Below are positions 37,727 to 47,962 of a DNA stretch of 64,000 nucleotides, in pieces (position 1 is the first letter of the stretch; each line of letters starts with the position of its first letter). The position numbers and the translations under genes are program-made. The notes beneath the pieces are model-generated. The model saw only the letters and a list, made by a program, of their open reading frames with translations. It had not been told where the DNA came from and searched no databases. Origin of the DNA: a virus. Its lineage: Duplodnaviria > Caudoviricetes. The stretch lies in the IMG/VR virus record IMGVR_UViG_3300042973_000021, positions 98,083 to 162,082 of that record. The stretch is one strand, 5' to 3'.

Positions 37727-37737
37727 TTAGTGCCTCC

Positions 37738-38229
37738 TTATAGGACTGCTGCCCAGCAGAAGGATGTCTCCGCATCGCTTGAGCGGTAGAGACATAAGTC
37801 AAAGCCTTTTGTCGTGATGTTTTTAGTACTTACTGCGATGTTATTTGGAGCAGCTGATACTGGAGTTACGATGACAGAAGGAACCGAAGAGAAAGCCTTG
37901 GGAAAGCTTACGTGCTTGGTCACGGTCTTTCCCTTCTTAGCGCTTACCTTTCCGCTTCCTCTCTGGATGTTCTTTACGCGAACGTTTTGATTGGAGTCAA
38001 TCGTAAAGGCAGACAACCTTGCATCGATCGAGTCACTGATACTCTCGGTGACTTCGGTCTTTGCATCCGCAATCTCCTGGTTTAAGTTCGACGCATTAAG
38101 CTGGGTGCCCTCTGCGGTGACGGTCCCTTCTGCCCTCGCAAGATCAAAGGTGCCGAGCACTTCTCCGGTGTCAGCATTCGTAAGCGTATATCTTCCCGGA
38201 TGCTCCACCACTCTGTCAATAAAAGCCAT
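37738..38229 (-). CDS. Tail fibre-like protein with an H-type-lectin-like C-terminus
   Basis: EGT.LNA.NLN; VSFPKAFSSVPSVIVT. Confidence 0.6.
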   Translation of the reverse strand: MAFIDRVVEHPGRYTLTNADTGEVLGTFDLARAEGTVTAEGTQLNASNLNQEIADAKTEVTESISDSIDARLSAFTIDSNQNVRVKNIQRGSGKVSAKKGKTVTKHVSFPKAFSSVPSVIVTPVSAAPNNIAVSTKNITTKGFDLCLYRSSDAETSFCWAAVL

Positions 38230-38242
38230 AAGTCTTCCCTCC

Positions 38243-38614
38243 TTAATATCCGGTCACGTAAACGTCACCTGCAAAGACCGAATCTCCTGCATAAGAAGCT
38301 GCCTTGGTCTGCAGGAAGTACTGGTCAAGTGCGTTTCTTATTTCCTGGGTCAGCCCTTCCACCTGGTTAAAGGTGTCATTTGTCATTTCATCTCCCGGAA
38401 GGGTCTCTGAAAAGCCGGTGACAGCGAGCATGATGTTTAATGAAGTGAGAATTGCATGCCACTCGCTTACGGTCACGAAATCGTCTGCCGTGTAGTCGGT
38501 CTTGAGTTTTCCTCCGGGATAAAGGAGATTCAGATTGCCGCAGATCCGGTTCATGTCATCCGCGGTCACAAGGTCCGCTGCGCTCCAGTCGGTTTTCGGT
38601 TCTTTCCATGCCAT
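38243..38614 (-). CDS. Tail protein
   Basis: MAWKEPKTDW...DMNRI motif. Confidence 0.6.
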   Translation of the reverse strand: MAWKEPKTDWSAADLVTADDMNRICGNLNLLYPGGKLKTDYTADDFVTVSEWHAILTSLNIMLAVTGFSETLPGDEMTNDTFNQVEGLTQEIRNALDQYFLQTKAASYAGDSVFAGDVYVTGY

Positions 38615-38660
38615 GTGTTTTCTCCCAATAAAAAAGCACCTCTAAGGTGCAAATAAGCTT

Positions 38661-40445
38661 CTAGCAGATGCCTTTCCGATAAGTCACTTCTGCCTTCGTC
38701 CCTCCTCCCTCATGGGTAAGCGTGATGTTTTCAATCGTGCAGGTCTCAACGGTCCCATCCAGGCGGTGAAAGGAGAAGACGTCTCTAGGCTGCATCCTGG
38801 GGTCACCTTTAAAGGTAAAAGACCCTGTGATGTTTGACCTGGAAAAAAGATATTCGTAGGCAGGATATAAAAGTGTGGTTCCTCCGTAGACCTTGCCGTG
38901 AGCGATCGGATCAACGGTCGCCGTGCTTCCGGGGCGCTTTCCTGAGTGGATGACAGAAGAGGCTTCTTTCGTGATCGTTACCTCTTTTCCTTTCACGATG
39001 CACTGGTTTAGCTTCTTTGTCACTGTCTTATAGATCGGTGTTCCCTTCTTTTTTCCGGTCTTGTAGCGCTTCTTTGTTTTTTCCTTTACTTTCTTTGAGA
39101 CGGTCGACTTCTTAGCAGTCCAGACGATCCGGTTTGCGGTTGCCAGGACGGACTTCGCGTTGCTTACCGTAAGATACCACCAGTAGCCGTCCGGGCTGTG
39201 GGAGTAACCCTCGCCTGCCTTTACGCTTTTTGTCTCAAGCTCCTCTAATTTTTGTGATCTTACAGCTTTTGATAAAAGTCCGTAGTCGGCATCCGTTGTG
39301 ATCTTTGCGATGTTACGGTCGACACTTCTTACCACATCTCCGCAGTCCTTTTCATAGATGTCCCACTTTTTGATGGGCTTGCTCCAGGTGACCTTCGGGA
39401 TTCCGGCATCGACAAAGGCAGGCCAGAAGGATCCGTTGTGAGATAGATTCATGATGTCAGCTACAATCTCTCTTGACGACTGCTCGTCAAAGATAAGCGT
39501 GTAAGTAGACGAGTTGCTGTTGGTATCCGGCGCTGTCTCTCTCGAGGCGAGCTTGACCCCGGAGTCCGTGATGAACTTGACAAAGCGGTTGTATAGGGTC
39601 TTTCTTCCGTTACCTCCCGTTGAATTTAGGACCTGGGAGATGTTGTTTTTGTCCTCAAGTTTACTGCTCATGTCCTCACCTTTTATGGTGATGATGTTGT
39701 TTTCCATCGAGGCCTTTTCTGAAAGATAAAAGGACCTTGTCTTTGAGTAGTCTCCTTCGTATCCGGCGTAGTACCAGACCGGGACATCATCCCCTACGTT
39801 ACTGATCGCTTCTGAGATATCATCCGGCCAGTAGGCAGAGATCTCAATTTCAGACACCTGCCAGGATGGACTGATAATCGATAGATCAGACCTGAGGGCC
39901 AGAGTGCAGGAGATGAGGTTCTTATTGTTAAACTCCAAAGTGATCCCTGGAGTGATCGAGGCAATCTCAATCCGGCTTCCTTCATCCTGGCTTTTAGCAG
40001 TCAGAGTCACCTCTTTTCCGTTTACCGGAATCACAGTGATTCTTCCTGCCGTATAGTCCGTCCCGTTTGCCGTGATCGTTCCCGGAGAGTCCGAGGTCAC
40101 AGCAACCGTGAGAGCTGCGATGACGGTCTTTGCCTTTACTGTAACAGAAATGCTCTGGCCGAGCTTTGACCGAAGGCCCATCTTACCCTCTTCATTGCTT
40201 CCGGGGATAGACGCGTCATAAAGACTGCAGCTTCCGTCTAAGGGAAAACCTCCTCCTGAAAGATCGGTAAGGCTTCTCATATCCCAGTGCTCATTATCGA
40301 GAGCTTCTGAAGGGTTGGTGTCTGTCACAGCGCCTGAAATAGCAGAAAAGGACAGGTCGACTTTCGCATCCCGCCCGGACATGCCGCAGTGGACTTCAAA
40401 TGGAGTTCTTATTGCTTTCTTGTTCTCTTCATCAATTGTAGGCAT
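38661..40445 (-). CDS. Tail tip/baseplate hub protein
   Basis: Position; C-terminal KGDPRMQPRD. Confidence 0.6.
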   Translation of the reverse strand: MPTIDEENKKAIRTPFEVHCGMSGRDAKVDLSFSAISGAVTDTNPSEALDNEHWDMRSLTDLSGGGFPLDGSCSLYDASIPGSNEEGKMGLRSKLGQSISVTVKAKTVIAALTVAVTSDSPGTITANGTDYTAGRITVIPVNGKEVTLTAKSQDEGSRIEIASITPGITLEFNNKNLISCTLALRSDLSIISPSWQVSEIEISAYWPDDISEAISNVGDDVPVWYYAGYEGDYSKTRSFYLSEKASMENNIITIKGEDMSSKLEDKNNISQVLNSTGGNGRKTLYNRFVKFITDSGVKLASRETAPDTNSNSSTYTLIFDEQSSREIVADIMNLSHNGSFWPAFVDAGIPKVTWSKPIKKWDIYEKDCGDVVRSVDRNIAKITTDADYGLLSKAVRSQKLEELETKSVKAGEGYSHSPDGYWWYLTVSNAKSVLATANRIVWTAKKSTVSKKVKEKTKKRYKTGKKKGTPIYKTVTKKLNQCIVKGKEVTITKEASSVIHSGKRPGSTATVDPIAHGKVYGGTTLLYPAYEYLFSRSNITGSFTFKGDPRMQPRDVFSFHRLDGTVETCTIENITLTHEGGGTKAEVTYRKGIC

Positions 40446-40803
40446 CTAAGAATCTCACCTCGACTTTCACATCGGACCATACCGGCTTTCCGTCTGCTGA
40501 CGTGGCTCTTGAAGCAGTACTTACAGCAGACGATCTTACGATTCGCTCTGTCCTGGAGGTCCCGTCCGCATCGGTAAAGGTGATGGTAGACTCCCCGCTC
40601 ATGGAAAGAAGGACCTCAAGCTGGGCTTGCGGAAGCGTGTCCCACTCTAAGGTCATATCCGAATATTTCCAGCCGATCCTGTCCGCAATGGTGGCTCCGG
40701 TGCAGGTCGTGATCTCGGCTGCGTAGATATCCTCCCTCTGGGGAGAAAAATCGTTAGGCCGCAGGATCTCCTTTCCGTTTATCTGAATGGTCGAGTAAAT
40801 CAT
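40432..40803 (-). CDS. Distal tail protein
   Basis: Position after the tape measure gene; size. Confidence 0.55.
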   Translation of the reverse strand: MIYSTIQINGKEILRPNDFSPQREDIYAAEITTCTGATIADRIGWKYSDMTLEWDTLPQAQLEVLLSMSGESTITFTDADGTSRTERIVRSSAVSTASRATSADGKPVWSDVKVEVRFLDAYN

Positions 40804-43244
40804 CAGCCGAGCCTCCTTTTGTAGGTGTCATAGGCATGGACGATCTCTTCCCCCATCTTAGGGCCGTTCTTAAAGAGGTAGACATCAAGGTGAATATCCC
40901 CACCAAGATTTCCGCTCTGCAAAATCCGGTTTGATGTAAGAACAGCATTAGCGATGTCATTTCCGGCTCCGGAAACAGCTGCGCGAATCATGCTCATCAG
41001 AGACTCAGTCCCGACCACAGTTTCAGACCCGGCCTCGCCTCCTGCAAGAAGGGAGTCACCAGAAGCACCGAATATGGTCGGGCCGTTTAAGATCATTCCG
41101 TTTTTCATGGCCTTTGCGTACCAGTCCACGGAGAACTTCGGAAGTGACCCCTTTCCTCCGATTCCAAATGGTGCCTTACCTCCTGAAACGTGGATATGAG
41201 GTAGCCTCAGATTGCTGAAGATGTTTCCAATGCGAAGAGGAAAGAAGCCCTTGATCGCATTGATGATTCCTCGGATCCGGTCTCTAGCCGCGTTGATTGG
41301 AGTAAGCATTGCAGACTTGATCCCATTCCAGACTCTTGAGGTGATCGACCGTATCGCTGTCCAGGCAGAAGTTATGCCTGATCGGATGGCTCTTACAGGA
41401 GAGAGCACTGCGCTTTTGATCGCGCCCCAGGTGACTACGGCAAGTTTCTTGATGCCTCCCCAGACCTTGACGGAAGCCGAACGGATAGCATTCCAGATCG
41501 CGATGACCCCGTTTCTGAATTTCGCGTTTGTCTTCCAAAGATAAATGAAAGTCGCTGCCAGGGCAGCCACTGCCGCAATCACAAGCCCCACAGGGTTTGC
41601 CAGCATAACCGCATTCATTGCTGCCATGCCGGTACGGACCATCTTTATCGCGGAGACGATCTTGGGAGCTAAGGTCATGATGCTTCCCACCCCGACTGCG
41701 ATTTTTCCGATCACAATAAGGAGTGGGCCGATCGCAGCGACAATGCCGATAAGCGTAAGAACCAGCCTCTGCGTCGCCGGGTTCATCTTCATGATAGCGT
41801 TCATGATCGAGATGAGCTTCTGGAAAAACTGGGTCAGGACCGGAGCCAGCATCTGTCCGATCGTGACCGTCAGCACATCAAAGGTGGATTTCAGTTGCTC
41901 AATCGTGCCTCCAGTACCTGACATCAAAGCCTTTGACATCTTGTCTGCGGACCCACCGGCATCGTCTAAGGCACTTCTCAAAGATCCTATATCCTTCGGT
42001 GATGTCTGGATCAGGGTCAGCCACTTGGACATCTGCTGCTTTCCGAAGATGTTTGATGCGGCTTCAAGCTTCTCCTGGTCATTAAGGCCGGAAAAAGCCT
42101 TATTCAGATTGGCGAGAACTTCCGGCATGGACTTAAGCGTTCCATTGTCATTAAAGATGGCGTAGGTCTGTCCGGTCGAGAGTTTCAGCTGGTCCATCGC
42201 GTCTGCTCCAGACTTGGCAGGAGAAGCAAGACGCGCAAGGCCGGTTTTTAAGGCGTTTGCTCCTTCTGAGCCGGAGATTCCGGCATTTCCAAATACATCC
42301 GTGATGGTCGCTAAGTCTTTTACATCCCAGCCGACCGTCTTACAGATCGGGCCTGCTACAGAGATCGACTCGAAAAGTTCAGAGGTGTTCGTGTTTGCCT
42401 GGGCCTGGGCTTTGGCTAAGACATCGGAGTAAGTGGCTGCTTCCGAAGAGTCTGCTCCGAACATCTTCATGGCATTTCCAAGGCCGGATGTGACTTCAGA
42501 CAGGTCCGTCCCGGTACCTGCCGCAAGGTTCATGGCAGGAGTCAGCATATCGGTTGCCTGCTTTGCGGTAAAGCCCTGACGCGCAAAGTTCAGTGTCGCA
42601 TCAGCCGCATCCTGCATGCCAAAGACGGACGCTTTCGCAGACTCCCCGATCTGATTCCAGAGGCCCTTGAAGTCCGAGGCGGAATTTGCCGTACTTCCCA
42701 TCGTCTGCTTGACCAGATTAAACTGCTTGTCGACATTTCCGTAGGAGTTTACGGCAGCAGTCGCTCCGGCAACAACAGGAGCCGTAAAGCCAAGTGTCAT
42801 CTTTTCACCGGCATCGGACATCTTTTCTCCGACGCCTTTTACCTTTTCACCTGCTGCGGCAATTCTCTGGGAAGAGACGGACCCGAAGCTCTTGGACTCC
42901 TTTTCGAGGCTCTTTAATTTCGATTCTGTTTCTGCGATTTCCCTCTGGAGAGCGTCATACTTGTCCTGGCCTAAGCTGCCGTTTTCAAGCTGCTGCTTGG
43001 CCTGGACCTGGGCTTCCTTTAAGCCTTCCAGCTTCTCTTTCGTCGCAGAGATGGAGTCTTTAAGCATCTTCTGCTTCTGGGTAAGGAGCGTGGTGTTCTT
43101 GGGGTCAAGCTTAAGAAGTTTATTCACATCCTTGAGAGAGGACTGAGTGCTTCTTATGGTGCTGTTTACGGATTTCAGCGCCTTGTCAAGACCGGTGGTA
43201 TCCCCTCCGATCTCAACCGTGATTCCCTTGATTCTGCTTGGCAT
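40803..43244 (-). CDS. Tape measure protein (TP901-type core)
   Basis: [17 protein letters not shown]-terminus, Trp repeats, GGEAGSE. Confidence 0.92.
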   Translation of the reverse strand: MPSRIKGITVEIGGDTTGLDKALKSVNSTIRSTQSSLKDVNKLLKLDPKNTTLLTQKQKMLKDSISATKEKLEGLKEAQVQAKQQLENGSLGQDKYDALQREIAETESKLKSLEKESKSFGSVSSQRIAAAGEKVKGVGEKMSDAGEKMTLGFTAPVVAGATAAVNSYGNVDKQFNLVKQTMGSTANSASDFKGLWNQIGESAKASVFGMQDAADATLNFARQGFTAKQATDMLTPAMNLAAGTGTDLSEVTSGLGNAMKMFGADSSEAATYSDVLAKAQAQANTNTSELFESISVAGPICKTVGWDVKDLATITDVFGNAGISGSEGANALKTGLARLASPAKSGADAMDQLKLSTGQTYAIFNDNGTLKSMPEVLANLNKAFSGLNDQEKLEAASNIFGKQQMSKWLTLIQTSPKDIGSLRSALDDAGGSADKMSKALMSGTGGTIEQLKSTFDVLTVTIGQMLAPVLTQFFQKLISIMNAIMKMNPATQRLVLTLIGIVAAIGPLLIVIGKIAVGVGSIMTLAPKIVSAIKMVRTGMAAMNAVMLANPVGLVIAAVAALAATFIYLWKTNAKFRNGVIAIWNAIRSASVKVWGGIKKLAVVTWGAIKSAVLSPVRAIRSGITSAWTAIRSITSRVWNGIKSAMLTPINAARDRIRGIINAIKGFFPLRIGNIFSNLRLPHIHVSGGKAPFGIGGKGSLPKFSVDWYAKAMKNGMILNGPTIFGASGDSLLAGGEAGSETVVGTESLMSMIRAAVSGAGNDIANAVLTSNRILQSGNLGGDIHLDVYLFKNGPKMGEEIVHAYDTYKRRLG

Positions 43245-43319
43245 AAGTTCACCTCCTTAAGCAATATCTGCTTGCATTTACCCTGCGTAAAAACGATAAT
43301 ATCCACAGGAGGAAAGCCT

Positions 43320-43496
43320 ATGGATAATAAAAACAGCATTTCGGCTCCAGTTTCTGAACCGGAAAAATTAGAGAGAGCATCTGATGAAGAGGTCACATCC
43401 TCATCAGAGAAATTCTTAAAGAAAAACAGGAAGGTCTACGAAGACCTTGCTCGTGGAGGGCAAAGAAAAAGCACCGATCCTGCGATCGATGCCTGA
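43320..43496 (+). CDS. Small opposite-strand ORF, possibly an orphan antitoxin-like moron
   Basis: AGGAGG RBS; ends FLKKNRKVYEDLAR... Confidence 0.45.
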   Translation: MDNKNSISAPVSEPEKLERASDEEVTSSSEKFLKKNRKVYEDLARGGQRKSTDPAIDA

Positions 43497-43534
43497 TAAG
43501 GAAATAATAAATTTTATGCCCTTTTCTTTCACTC

Positions 43535-43816
43535 TTATTTTTTGAACAGCTCTGAATGCGTTCCCAAACGGTAGAGCATAAGAACAAGAACTTCGCCTCT
43601 GATCTCATAGATCAAAAGCCAGTCCGGCTCAATATGACATTCCCGCGTCCCCTTGTAATTTCCCGAGAGATCATGGTCATGATATTTCGCGTCCAGAATG
43701 CCGCCATTCGCCAGTATATTTACTGCCTCAAACAGCTTGTCCAGATTTTTATGCTGCTTTTTCGCCTGTTTCAAATCTTTCTTGAACTGGCTGGTAAATT
43801 TGACCTCGTACTTCAT
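43535..43816 (-). CDS. yafQ: YafQ/RelE-family mRNA interferase toxin
   Basis: TSQFKKDLK, DHDLSGNYKG.RECHIEPDWLLIY, RLGTHSELF. Confidence 0.92.
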   Translation of the reverse strand: MKYEVKFTSQFKKDLKQAKKQHKNLDKLFEAVNILANGGILDAKYHDHDLSGNYKGTRECHIEPDWLLIYEIRGEVLVLMLYRLGTHSELFKK

Positions 43817-44085
43817 ACTTCGAGAGCTTTCTTAAGTGCCTCCATATCGGAGTATCCCTTTACGCTTCTGTCAGCCGCAATCCGCCGGCCCTCTTCAATT
43901 GCAGCAGCAGTAGTTTCATTCGGCACATCCAGTTTCAGAGAAAATGGAATTCCATTTTCCCGGACCGTAGTCCTGAGAAACATATTAACGGCGGTTGTCA
44001 TATTAAGCCCCAGTTCATTGAAGATATGCTCAGCCTGATCTTTAATATCCTTATCCGTTCTGATATTCAAATTTGTGGTAGTCAT
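43813..44085 (-). CDS. dinJ: RelB/DinJ antitoxin
   Basis: NLNIRTDKDIK..LGLNMTTAVNMFL..GIPF. Confidence 0.9.
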   Translation of the reverse strand: MTTTNLNIRTDKDIKDQAEHIFNELGLNMTTAVNMFLRTTVRENGIPFSLKLDVPNETTAAAIEEGRRIAADRSVKGYSDMEALKKALEV

Positions 44086-44110
44086 TGCATATACCTCCAT
44101 TTCTAACTTC

Positions 44111-44139
44111 AGTATATGCATTTTATCGTCTTACGTCAA
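44111..44139 (-). promoter_or_regulatory. Sigma-A promoter of the TA module
   Basis: TTGACG-17 bp-TATACT. Confidence 0.7.
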
Positions 44140-44173
44140 CACATTGCCATTATATTAAACGAAATATCTATAA

Positions 44174-44709
44174 TCAGAACCTGTCAAAATCACTCTGATC
44201 TGCCAGCCGGTCATACTTCACATCATCGTTGGCTTTTTCTGTCCAGATGTCTAGGACGAGACCGATGGATAAGAGTTCTAAGTCTCTTATCGAGATCCCG
44301 ATCTCCGTGCATCGCAGAAGAAAAAGCGGGGTGGTCATCTCCCGCTCACTTCTGCGAGTCCTTTTTTTGCCTGCACATCCGTCATGAGGTTGCTGCCCCA
44401 GAGCTCTAAGATCTCAGGAAGGACCTGGTAGATGGAAAACATCTCAAACTGGTCGAGCCACTCGTCAATGGTCTTTGGGATCGTCGGGTCAGCATGATAA
44501 GCCATGATGTAGGCGACATTTTCAAAGATCTCAAGATCGTCAATCTCAAAGTCCTCGCTGTCTTTGGCTCTGGCCTGGTAGGATTTCTCAAGTTTTGACA
44601 GGTCTTTAAAGATATCCCGCCTGAACTTGAGCCGGTAGATCCTCGGGATTGCGGCAGAAGAGCGGAACTTGACCGGTTTTCCGCTGATTTCAATTGTCTT
44701 TTCAAGCAT
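44174..44709 (-). CDS. Tail assembly chaperone G (44335..44709) with -1 frameshift extension GT ending at 44174
   Basis: Slippery GCA AAA AAA G at 44361-44370; -1 frame open as RTRRSEREMTTPLFLLRC...DFDRF*. Confidence 0.8.
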
Positions 44710-44720
44710 AAAATCTCACC

Positions 44721-45347
44721 TTACTTTCCAGAGGAAGATGTATCAGAGGTAGCTGAAGAGGATGAAGTTGAAGCCGCCTTCTCAGTCGGAAGGTAGACCG
44801 ACTTATACCAGCTGTCATAGACAGTTGTGTCTGTGGTGTCCCCTGACCTTGCCTTTACAAGTCCGTCCGGGCGAGGGTCAGCCGTGATTGAAAGCTTCTC
44901 TGTCCCAGGCTCAATCGTATCTTCTTTTGTCTCTGACTCAAGAGAGGGTCTAGAAGCGGTGCAGTAGTAAAGGACGTGGCGGATGGAGTTTACATCCCCG
45001 TCAAACTCAAATAGAAGAGCGAACTTCACGGTGTCTGTCAGGCCGCTCTTTTCCACAAGGACCCCTTTGCCGTCAAGTGTCTCCTGGAGAATATCGGTCC
45101 GAAACCACTCCGGGATCAGGGCAATCTCAAGGTCCCCGGAATATCCGTTATTTGTTACAGACCGGAAGTAGACGATGCCGTCTGCATAGAAGGCCTTGGT
45201 CTCGCCTTCTGCATCAAGGCTGATCGACACGGCTCCCGGGATGGCCTTAGGCTCTGCGTAGCTGTAGGACGTCACCCCGTCCACTACAGTCTCTGTAAGC
45301 TTTGCTGCGTAGACATTTTTAAGGTTATATTTTACTTTGTTTCCCAT
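44721..45347 (-). CDS. Major tail protein (phi13 family)
   Basis: NKVKYNLKNV, FYADG, NNGYSGDLEIA. Confidence 0.9.
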   Translation of the reverse strand: MGNKVKYNLKNVYAAKLTETVVDGVTSYSYAEPKAIPGAVSISLDAEGETKAFYADGIVYFRSVTNNGYSGDLEIALIPEWFRTDILQETLDGKGVLVEKSGLTDTVKFALLFEFDGDVNSIRHVLYYCTASRPSLESETKEDTIEPGTEKLSITADPRPDGLVKARSGDTTDTTVYDSWYKSVYLPTEKAASTSSSSATSDTSSSGK

Positions 45348-45670
45348 ATCTGGCTTTCCTCCATTTCAAAAATATAGAGCACTTCAAAGAGCTTCTCTGT
45401 CTCGATCCAGACTTCGGACTTGTTATAAAAGATCTTTCGCCGGTCCAGGACCTCCTCGACTTTTCTCTCGGCAGCTGGGTCTTTCTTATCCGTGTAAAGC
45501 TCCAGGTGGACTTCGCTCACCTTTAGAAAAACGCTCCCGTCTGCAGAGAAGTTGTCACTTCCTTCAGTGAGAAAGCAGATGAAAGGAGGAGCAGGAGAGT
45601 CCCCTTCGGCAAAGTGATCATAGGCAAAGGGAAGGCCGGTTTCTTGAATAAGTGAAATGATTCCGTTCAT
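45332..45670 (-). CDS. Tail completion protein
   Basis: LPFAYDHF..PPFI; position. Confidence 0.75.
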   Translation of the reverse strand: MNGIISLIQETGLPFAYDHFAEGDSPAPPFICFLTEGSDNFSADGSVFLKVSEVHLELYTDKKDPAAERKVEEVLDRRKIFYNKSEVWIETEKLFEVLYIFEMEESQIWETK

Positions 45671-45671
45671 C

Positions 45672-46046
45672 CTAGATCCCCTTCCTTATCTCTTCCTCAA
45701 GTGTCTTTTCTCCCCGCTCCTCTGCCGGTGCGATGTGAGGCTTTGCAGCGACTCTTCCTCCGTTTCGCTTTGCATGACCGTGCTCAAGAAGGTGGGCTAG
45801 CTGATAGCGGTTCCTTGAGTAGACAGTAACAGATAGAGAGGTCGCAGTCTCAGCGGTCTTCTTTACCGACCAGCTCTTTGCGTAGGCTCCTGTCCTTCTT
45901 GGAGCGGTATCTCTGATGTCACTTCTTACCGAGTTTCCGGTCTTTCTTACAGCCTTCTTCACCGAGTCTGATGTGGTCTTTGAAAAGTCATTTAATTTTT
46001 TTTCAATCGCATCGGCAAGTCCGTCAATCGTGACTTTTCTGCTCAT
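45672..46046 (-). CDS. HK97 gp10-like neck protein
   Basis: AP.RTG.Y.KSW, HLLEHGH. Confidence 0.85.
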   Translation of the reverse strand: MSRKVTIDGLADAIEKKLNDFSKTTSDSVKKAVRKTGNSVRSDIRDTAPRRTGAYAKSWSVKKTAETATSLSVTVYSRNRYQLAHLLEHGHAKRNGGRVAAKPHIAPAEERGEKTLEEEIRKGI

Positions 46047-46375
46047 GACTCCTCCCTTCTGCAGTGAAGCTTTATGGCTTTTTTCTTATAGTTCATGTGG
46101 TCAATCCCTTCAATGTTGTAGGCATCGCCTCTGAAAATGACCCGGTACTCCTTGGAAGTCAAAGCCTCCACTTCCGAGCACCATCTCAGGGTAAAATCAA
46201 TCGCACTTTCATCCCAGGTGGCCCCGGCGGCAGTCTCCTCCACTGGAGATTCTGCGCTTACCGTAGCATAGCAGGAAAAATAGCCTTTCCAGGAGCTCAC
46301 TCGGTTTCCGGCATCATCAGTTGAGACATCTGCCTTCTGGAGAAGGATCTTTTCACTTAAAAGAGCGATGTTCAA
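46043..46375 (-). CDS. Head closure protein
   Basis: Position; YRVIF...YNI. Confidence 0.8.
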   Translation of the reverse strand: MNIALLSEKILLQKADVSTDDAGNRVSSWKGYFSCYATVSAESPVEETAAGATWDESAIDFTLRWCSEVEALTSKEYRVIFRGDAYNIEGIDHMNYKKKAIKLHCRREES

Positions 46376-46663
46376 CTAGAACTCCTCCTTTCTTACTCCA
46401 AAGAGAAGAGCGCGGAGGGTCTGGTTTAAGGCATTGTGGTCTGCTTCCTCCCTGTGCTCGTAGAGGTAGGCGATGCAGTAAAGAACAGCGATCCGCATGC
46501 GGATAAGGACCTTTTCCTCACTTGTCTCCCACTCCTCGTCAGAAAATCTTGCGATGTCCTGGACCTGCTTTGTTGCAGTCTCAATCAGGCTTTTTATCAG
46601 GTCATCCTCGTCATTTGAGCTTACACGAAGGTAGGTCTTTGCTTCTTCAAGTGTTACTTCCAC
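46376..46663 (-). CDS. Head-tail connector (gp6-like)
   Basis: TLEEAKTYLRV, LYEHRE. Confidence 0.88.
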   Translation of the reverse strand: MEVTLEEAKTYLRVSSNDEDDLIKSLIETATKQVQDIARFSDEEWETSEEKVLIRMRIAVLYCIAYLYEHREEADHNALNQTLRALLFGVRKEEF

Positions 46664-46745
46664 AAGGCTTCCTCCTTAAAATAACAGGCACCCTCGTTTG
46701 AATCGAGGGTGCGAAAATCACCCTTCATTCAAGTAAGGGTGCGCC

Positions 46746-47951
46746 TTAACTAGCTGCCTTTACGGACAGGCCTCTTACTGCTTCCGGCAGGATCAGTTTT
46801 CCGTCGATACGCTCGGAAGCAAGGAATCCGATCTGGCCATTTGCCGCATAAAGCTCGGAGAGTCTCTTGAAGGACCTTCCCTGGCGCTCTGCGATCCAGT
46901 AGTAGGAGAAGTCCCCGAAGAGAAGAGCGACATTTCCTGCAGCAAGCTCCGGTGCATAGATACTGGTCTTATACGGACGGTTTAAGATCATGTCCGGCTG
47001 GCCAGCAGTTACGGCAGGCTGCCAGATATAGTTTCCGTTGTTGTCCTTAATCTTCCTTAAGGCCTTTACTGTGGAGTCATTCAAGATCCAGGTGGCGCGG
47101 TTTCTGTAGACGCTTCTTAAGGAGTGAAAGACATCCATGATGGCATCAAAGCTGATGTTGGTGTTTGCAATCTCTGTCGTTGCGTCCTTGGTCGCTTTGA
47201 CCTTTGTAAAGACTCCTTCCGGCTTCTTCTTTCCGTCTCCTGTGAGAAAGGCTTCCTCCTCAGCAGCTCCGATACGGCGCGCAAACTCGGTTGAAATATA
47301 GCTCTCAAGATCAAAGACAGAGTCGTTTAAGAGCTCCTCAGATACCTTGATCGCAGTGCCAAGCTTATAGGCATCAAGCGTGATCTGGTCAAATGTGTCA
47401 TCGGACTCAGGGTACAGGCCGTTCTCATCCATCCAGGCCGCGGTCCCGTGGGATGCGACTACCGGAATGGTGTGGGTCCCGGACTGGGTCTGAATCACGT
47501 GAGCCAGGGTCCTGAAGAAGTTCTCGTCATTAAGCGCCTGGATCAACTGCTTCTCGTACTCGTCCGGCACGAGGTAGCCGCCGTTTGCATCGGTCCCGAT
47601 CTCAAGGACATTTTTCACATCGTACCAGTTTCTCTTTCTGATGGAGTCCCAGAAGGCATTCTTGTACGCCTTGCCGGCTGTTCCCTTCTTGTCCTCCTCG
47701 CTGTCTTCTGCACCTGGCTTTGTGGTAAGCGGAGAAGAAGTCGGCTTATTCATCATCTTCTCGATCTCCTCCTGTCTCTGCAGGCGCTCGATATCTTTGG
47801 TGAGGTCCGTTACTTCCTTCTCCATCCGATCGTAAGTAGCGGCATCCTCAGCGGAGACATTGCCTCCGTTGTCGGAATGGGTGTCAAGAAACTTCTTGGC
47901 TGCATCCCAGGCCTTCGCCCTCTTTTCCATAAGATCCATAATCTGTGTCAT
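46746..47951 (-). CDS. HK97-fold major capsid protein
   Basis: GGYLVP, VSEELLNDS, FGDFSYY. Confidence 0.93.
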   Translation of the reverse strand: MTQIMDLMEKRAKAWDAAKKFLDTHSDNGGNVSAEDAATYDRMEKEVTDLTKDIERLQRQEEIEKMMNKPTSSPLTTKPGAEDSEEDKKGTAGKAYKNAFWDSIRKRNWYDVKNVLEIGTDANGGYLVPDEYEKQLIQALNDENFFRTLAHVIQTQSGTHTIPVVASHGTAAWMDENGLYPESDDTFDQITLDAYKLGTAIKVSEELLNDSVFDLESYISTEFARRIGAAEEEAFLTGDGKKKPEGVFTKVKATKDATTEIANTNISFDAIMDVFHSLRSVYRNRATWILNDSTVKALRKIKDNNGNYIWQPAVTAGQPDMILNRPYKTSIYAPELAAGNVALLFGDFSYYWIAERQGRSFKRLSELYAANGQIGFLASERIDGKLILPEAVRGLSVKAAS

Positions 47952-47962
47952 AGTATTCCTCC

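Noticed and set aside
33817-38229. Diversity-generating retroelement or invertible tail-fibre cassette
   Set aside because: No reverse transcriptase, no template/variable repeat pair, and no inverted fibre ends seen
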